A stretch of DNA of 64,000 bases, from the IMG/VR virus record IMGVR_UViG_3300010358_000002; one strand, given 5' to 3'. The notes below the pieces were generated by a model. The model searched no databases, had not been told where the DNA came from, and saw only the letters and a list, made by a program, of their open reading frames with translations. Below are positions 54,698 through 64,000 of the stretch, in pieces. How positions within the stretch are numbered: position 1 is the stretch's first letter; every line of letters starts with the position of its first letter. Source of the DNA: an uncultured virus (IMG/VR IMGVR_UViG_3300010358_000002). Lineage: Duplodnaviria; Heunggongvirae; Uroviricota; Caudoviricetes. The position numbers and the translations under genes are program-made.

Positions 54698-56469
54698 TAT
54701 CCTGCCATCCCTGCTGTATTCATATGTATATTAGAACCTGGGACATTACGAACTACTAGATTAGATACCCTATTCATTTGCCAATTATCAACATCTAATG
54801 GACCTTGAAGCATTGATAATCCACGTCGGTTATCTACATTCATGGCTGTAGAAACAGACGTAGTGCCTTTAAATCCAGCCATCTCGGTTCCAGGAACTCT
54901 GCCACGCGCCGCTCCTCCAAACATGGCAATCCGATTACCACCGCGAATAGAGGCAAACATCCCACTCCGTCTACCACCCCTTACTGAAAGATCTCCACTA
55001 CTCCCCCCATACATTGCAAGATTACCTCCAGCTCCAGCACCAAAATAAGCCGCACTTCCTCCAATCATATTTCCACCAAGTCCAGCAAACTGATTTCCTC
55101 CCGCCAAAAAATTCCCTGGAAAGTTAATATCACCTCTTGTAGAAGGGGGAGGAGTTTGATCAGTTGGAGGAGCTGAAGTTCCATCATTCCCAGGAACTCC
55201 TTGTTGTGCTGGAGGTGGAGAAGTCCCATCTTGAACAGGAGGAGTAGCTGCTGGAGGCTGTGAAGGAGTCCCAAACGGAATTCGCCATGTATTAGGACTT
55301 CCCGGTTGCGCTGGTCTTGGTGGCTTACCATCCCCACCGAAAAGTGGTTCAAAGCCACCTCCAGGACCAATACCAAAAAGATTAGCCAGGAAAGGAACCA
55401 TCTTCTTTAGAATTTCCCAAAAAACTCCCATTGCCTCAACTAATCCCTTAAGGATAGGAATTAATTCCTGAACAGTTTTATCGACCTTTTCTATTGCCTC
55501 CTTAACCTTCTTGGGATCTTTCATCCAGTCGGACAACTTATTCAATTGCTTCGTTATCCAATTCAGAATTCTAGCAACTGTGCCAGAATCCAACAATGCC
55601 TTGATTAATTCAACTACTGATTTACTAAGTTCTTCAAGGTGTGGGGTAAGGTTTTTGAGTCTTTCACCAAATGCATTCTGTATGTTGACTTTTGCTTGTT
55701 CGAATACTATTGCCAAGTCGGACCAAGCTTTTTGAGCCCTTTCACTCAGCTTAGGGGCATCTTGCATTCTCTTTATTTCAGCTTCAAGATCCTTTCTACT
55801 CATTCTAGCAAGGCGGATTATATCTTCATCAGATATAGCTAATCCACCTCTAAAAGCTCTGCCAACTTGGATCGCAGCAAAAGGATCCTTTCCCGCAACC
55901 TGCCGATGCATATTCCTTAAGACTGTAGGCAATACCTGAGTAGGATCCTTAGCTCCCCCAGGCCCCACTCTTACTCCCAATGCTGCTAGTCCAGCCATTT
56001 CGTCCGGACTACCGTATAGTCCTTTAGAAATGCTCTGCAACAACCCGGTAGGATTTTCTAGGATTGTTTGACCGGCAACTTGAACCCCTTGCATTCGCCC
56101 ATAATCAGCTCCCATGCCTAATGCTTGTCTTCTTTTTTGCATGATAGACTGGGCAAGTCTATCAAGACCAAATAGTCCAGCGCCTGTTGCCAGCATCGAC
56201 GCAAGAGTGCCGACAGCCATAACGCCTTTGACAAGCAGATTGACTACATCCTTTACAGCACCTCCCCACGCTTTCGTGGCCTGGGTTAATGAGTGTATTG
56301 TCTGCTGAAGAACTGTGGTATTTGTCTGAGCCTTCTGTATCGTAGTATTGATATTCTTGAACTGTTGGTTCAAATTTCCAATCTGCGCCGAAAAGGCATT
56401 AAACCTTTGGACGAACTGCTTGAAATCAGTATCGTCTACTTTAACGGTGAGATTAACTGTCTTAGCCAT
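54697..56469 (-). CDS. Tape-measure-like protein 2
   Basis: Helical N-terminal ~360 aa similar to the N-terminus of 57908..63112. Confidence 0.6.
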   Translation of the reverse strand: MAKTVNLTVKVDDTDFKQFVQRFNAFSAQIGNLNQQFKNINTTIQKAQTNTTVLQQTIHSLTQATKAWGGAVKDVVNLLVKGVMAVGTLASMLATGAGLFGLDRLAQSIMQKRRQALGMGADYGRMQGVQVAGQTILENPTGLLQSISKGLYGSPDEMAGLAALGVRVGPGGAKDPTQVLPTVLRNMHRQVAGKDPFAAIQVGRAFRGGLAISDEDIIRLARMSRKDLEAEIKRMQDAPKLSERAQKAWSDLAIVFEQAKVNIQNAFGERLKNLTPHLEELSKSVVELIKALLDSGTVARILNWITKQLNKLSDWMKDPKKVKEAIEKVDKTVQELIPILKGLVEAMGVFWEILKKMVPFLANLFGIGPGGGFEPLFGGDGKPPRPAQPGSPNTWRIPFGTPSQPPAATPPVQDGTSPPPAQQGVPGNDGTSAPPTDQTPPPSTRGDINFPGNFLAGGNQFAGLGGNMIGGSAAYFGAGAGGNLAMYGGSSGDLSVRGGRRSGMFASIRGGNRIAMFGGAARGRVPGTEMAGFKGTTSVSTAMNVDNRRGLSMLQGPLDVDNWQMNRVSNLVVRNVPGSNIHMNTAGMAG

Positions 56470-56474
56470 AGTTC

Positions 56475-57907
56475 TTAATCCTGGACAGGTAGTTCAGTAG
56501 GTCGTGGTTGTTCTTGGCTATTTGGATCTTGTTCTTGACTCGATTTATCAACTTGGTCAGAAGCATCAGTCTGTGGAGCAGCAGATCCATCATCCCAAAT
56601 AACATCATAAGTAGAACTCCAACCAACACCATCAGGATTACGAAAATCTCCAATATGAACTGCCTTTGCCACAATTCCTGATCCTGATAATGTAAGGTTA
56701 GTTCTTTGCTGAGACGAAGTAGCTCCAATTATAGCATCAGGGGTAAGAGTCGCCAATATCCCTGGAGGAAGCGTAACCCTATTAGGAGGATGTATATCAC
56801 CTCGCATAATACATTTGATTTGTATCTTTTGAAGAGATAGCCAAGTGGGTTGTCCAATAAGATCTAAAAAATCTATATTCACAATACCAGAAGCTTGAGT
56901 TCCGTCCCAAACATTTATCGTATTATCATGAGAAGTCATGTTAACGCCTTGATAACCCTTTGTTCCAAGCAAAGAATGACTGAGATTTTTGATATAATTC
57001 GCGTACTGCGGCATGTTCTGATACATTCCAGCATCCTGATAAGGAAGCTTTAGAGCACCAGAAATCAGCATATTCACTTTTCCCTGGGGAAAGGCTTTAG
57101 ACAATGTTTGTTGAATAGCTGATCTTAAAGACATATTCGGCATTAAATTATGAATTAGATTAAGAGGGGCAGATAATCCATCTACACCACCTCCAAACAA
57201 CGAATTTGCAAATCCCCCACCAAAACTGGTCGCAGCACCAAGAGATCCTATACTGAGTCCCCCACCTCCCAAACCAGTCGGTGTAACTACTGCTCTATCT
57301 GTTCCAAATGCTACTACCGCCCCACGTGGATATGGTCTACGATCAATAGAACGAAACCCTACCCCACGAGTTCGTCTTACGCCTTGCTGTGACGCACCGT
57401 CCTGGCTTCCTCCATTCTGGCTTCCCCCATTCTGGCTTCCTCCATTCTGGCTTCCCCCATCTTGACTACCACCATCCTTACCATCACCACCTCCCTCTTC
57501 TGACAAACCAGCAGGAATAAAGGCCATCCCAATAGACATATCAGTCCCAATCCAATTCCCCCAAGCCTTCCAAATTCGACCACTCATTAATAAACCAGCA
57601 TGTTGAGCTTGATGAGTCGCAAGTGGTAATCCTGGCTTTAACCCTCCATACACTACAATAGATTTTCCCATTAACTTATCAGTATGCCTGATCTGCTCCC
57701 AAGCTACCCCATGAACAGTTATTACAGAATTGTCCGTGTCTGCTGTATGAGCAGCAGTCTCAGTTATCTGTATTTCAACCTGCTGTGCTCCAGGATCAGC
57801 AATACCATTCCTATGAGAACCCCAAACTGCTCCAAGTCCAGCAGGAGAATCATACCTTGGTGGAAATACTCCTGCTGGTGCATCCGGTATAAGTATGGAA
57901 TAGAATC

Positions 57908-57911
<4 letters not shown>
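56475..57911 (-). CDS. Baseplate hub-like protein
   Basis: GG.KPGLPLA; GNWIGT; DLIGQPTW; KCIMRGDI; HIGDFR.PDG..W. Confidence 0.7.
57403..57477. repeat. 15-bp tandem repeat (encodes GGSQN)
   Basis: tggcttcc(t/c)ccattc x4 plus one degenerate copy. Confidence 0.8.
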
Positions 57912-63112
<5,201 letters not shown>

Positions 63113-63244
63113 TCTAGGCTTTCCACAAGGCTATCATGTAGCGTTGCTGCCACTGGAGACGGGTGGAGTGTGGCCAAGACAATTCAAATTGGTCGAAGAA
63201 TTCGGTGAATCCTTCGTCCATTAGCCAAGTCAAACAGGAGTGAA

Positions 63245-63811
63245 CTATTGATTCACTACCGTTGCAGTCTCGCCAGTAGTCTCTTCCACTGTCGATGTCG
63301 GCAAGGAACGCATGTATTCCGTAACATTCGACGATGTAGTTCGCGCGTTCCAGAGAGTGCTCAACCCTTCCATTGCCACCGTCATTTCCGCTCTCAGGTG
63401 AATTGACGAGGCGCATGTAAAATATACGATGCAGTTTTCTACCTCTGAAGCATCGTCATCATTCAACACGCCACGCTTTCTGGCAACGTCAAAAGGCATA
63501 GACTCCCAACCACTATCGCCGGGAGCAATCACGTTCGTTAACCGGTGAATTTCACCCATCAACGATTGTTGAGTGCGTTCCCAGACGTTTAGTGTTTTCG
63601 CCTCTTGTTTAAGCAGCAGAGCCGCAACTCGCGGCCCTGTGACTGGTCCTAATCCGTTAGTGTAGACTGCGGTAAAGGCCCTTGATATCACGAGGAAATT
63701 GTCCTCGAATACCTCCCTACCTATTGGTGATGAATGTACGTGGATTGGCCCTTTCTCTGTGTCTACACTCAGAACAAGGTTAAGTTTCCTGTTCAGAGTG
63801 ACTTCTGCCAT
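63245..63811 (-). CDS. Probable tail assembly chaperone
   Basis: Between tail tube-like gene and tape measure; GAGG RBS. Confidence 0.65.
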   Translation of the reverse strand: MAEVTLNRKLNLVLSVDTEKGPIHVHSSPIGREVFEDNFLVISRAFTAVYTNGLGPVTGPRVAALLLKQEAKTLNVWERTQQSLMGEIHRLTNVIAPGDSGWESMPFDVARKRGVLNDDDASEVENCIVYFTCASSIHLRAEMTVAMEGLSTLWNARTTSSNVTEYMRSLPTSTVEETTGETATVVNQ

Positions 63812-63835
63812 ACACTACCTCACTTTCTCCTCTAG

Positions 63836-64000
63836 TTAGGTTCCAAAGAACCCTGTGTTGACGTTGTAGTAGCCGCGAGCTGTGACCACCATCGCTGCTT
63901 CCATACCCGCCATCGCCATCTCACGGATGCTTTCCAGCGCCACGTTATTGATAATGAACGGGTTCAGAACATCAGTATCAGGAAAGATACTTACCAGACC
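63836..64000 (-). CDS. Probable tail tube protein, C-terminal part
   Basis: Open frame ...IFPDTDVLNPFIINNVALESIREM...GYYNVNTGFFGT*; assignment from gene order. Confidence 0.55.
   Translation of the reverse strand, partial: GLVSIFPDTDVLNPFIINNVALESIREMAMAGMEAAMVVTARGYYNVNTGFFGT

Overview
This window is about 64 kb of a tailed dsDNA bacteriophage with a myovirus-type baseplate and tail module. The host is plausibly alphaproteobacterial (Rhizobiales-like); this is inferred only from host-like exported proteins. Layout: (i) 1-4.2 kb, small + strand genes, starting with a PEP-CTERM-like protein; (ii) 4.2-6.8 kb, a repeat-rich region with three single-gene units, possibly the pre-early or genome-end region; (iii) 6.8-19.6 kb, a minus-strand block of small early genes plus a NusG paralog, an AEP primase and an inverted GDP-mannose-3,5-epimerase-like gene; (iv) 19.7-40.6 kb, a + strand replication block (SSB-like protein, UvrD helicase, PolA, ExoX-like exonuclease, PD-(D/E)XK nuclease, SNF2 helicase); (v) 40.9-64 kb, minus-strand lysis, tail fibre, baseplate and two tape-measure-like genes. 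The main candidate novel system is a DNA hypermodification operon at 27.3-33.6 kb: HAD phosphatase, aGPT-Pplase1-like protein, two GREB1/TAGT-like glycosyltransferases, APH-like kinase, nucleotidyltransferase, dUMP-type thymidylate synthase homolog, HD nucleotidase and DUF3310. It predicts a sugar-modified 5-hydroxymethyluracil (base-J-like) built from a phage-made NDP-sugar. Other notable items are a PolA O-helix copy fused to DUF3310, three paralogs of an uncharacterised basic domain, a promoter family carrying a TGTAAAG box, a 17-bp motif repeated three times and several candidate structured RNAs. All family assignments come from motif recognition by eye; no searches were run.
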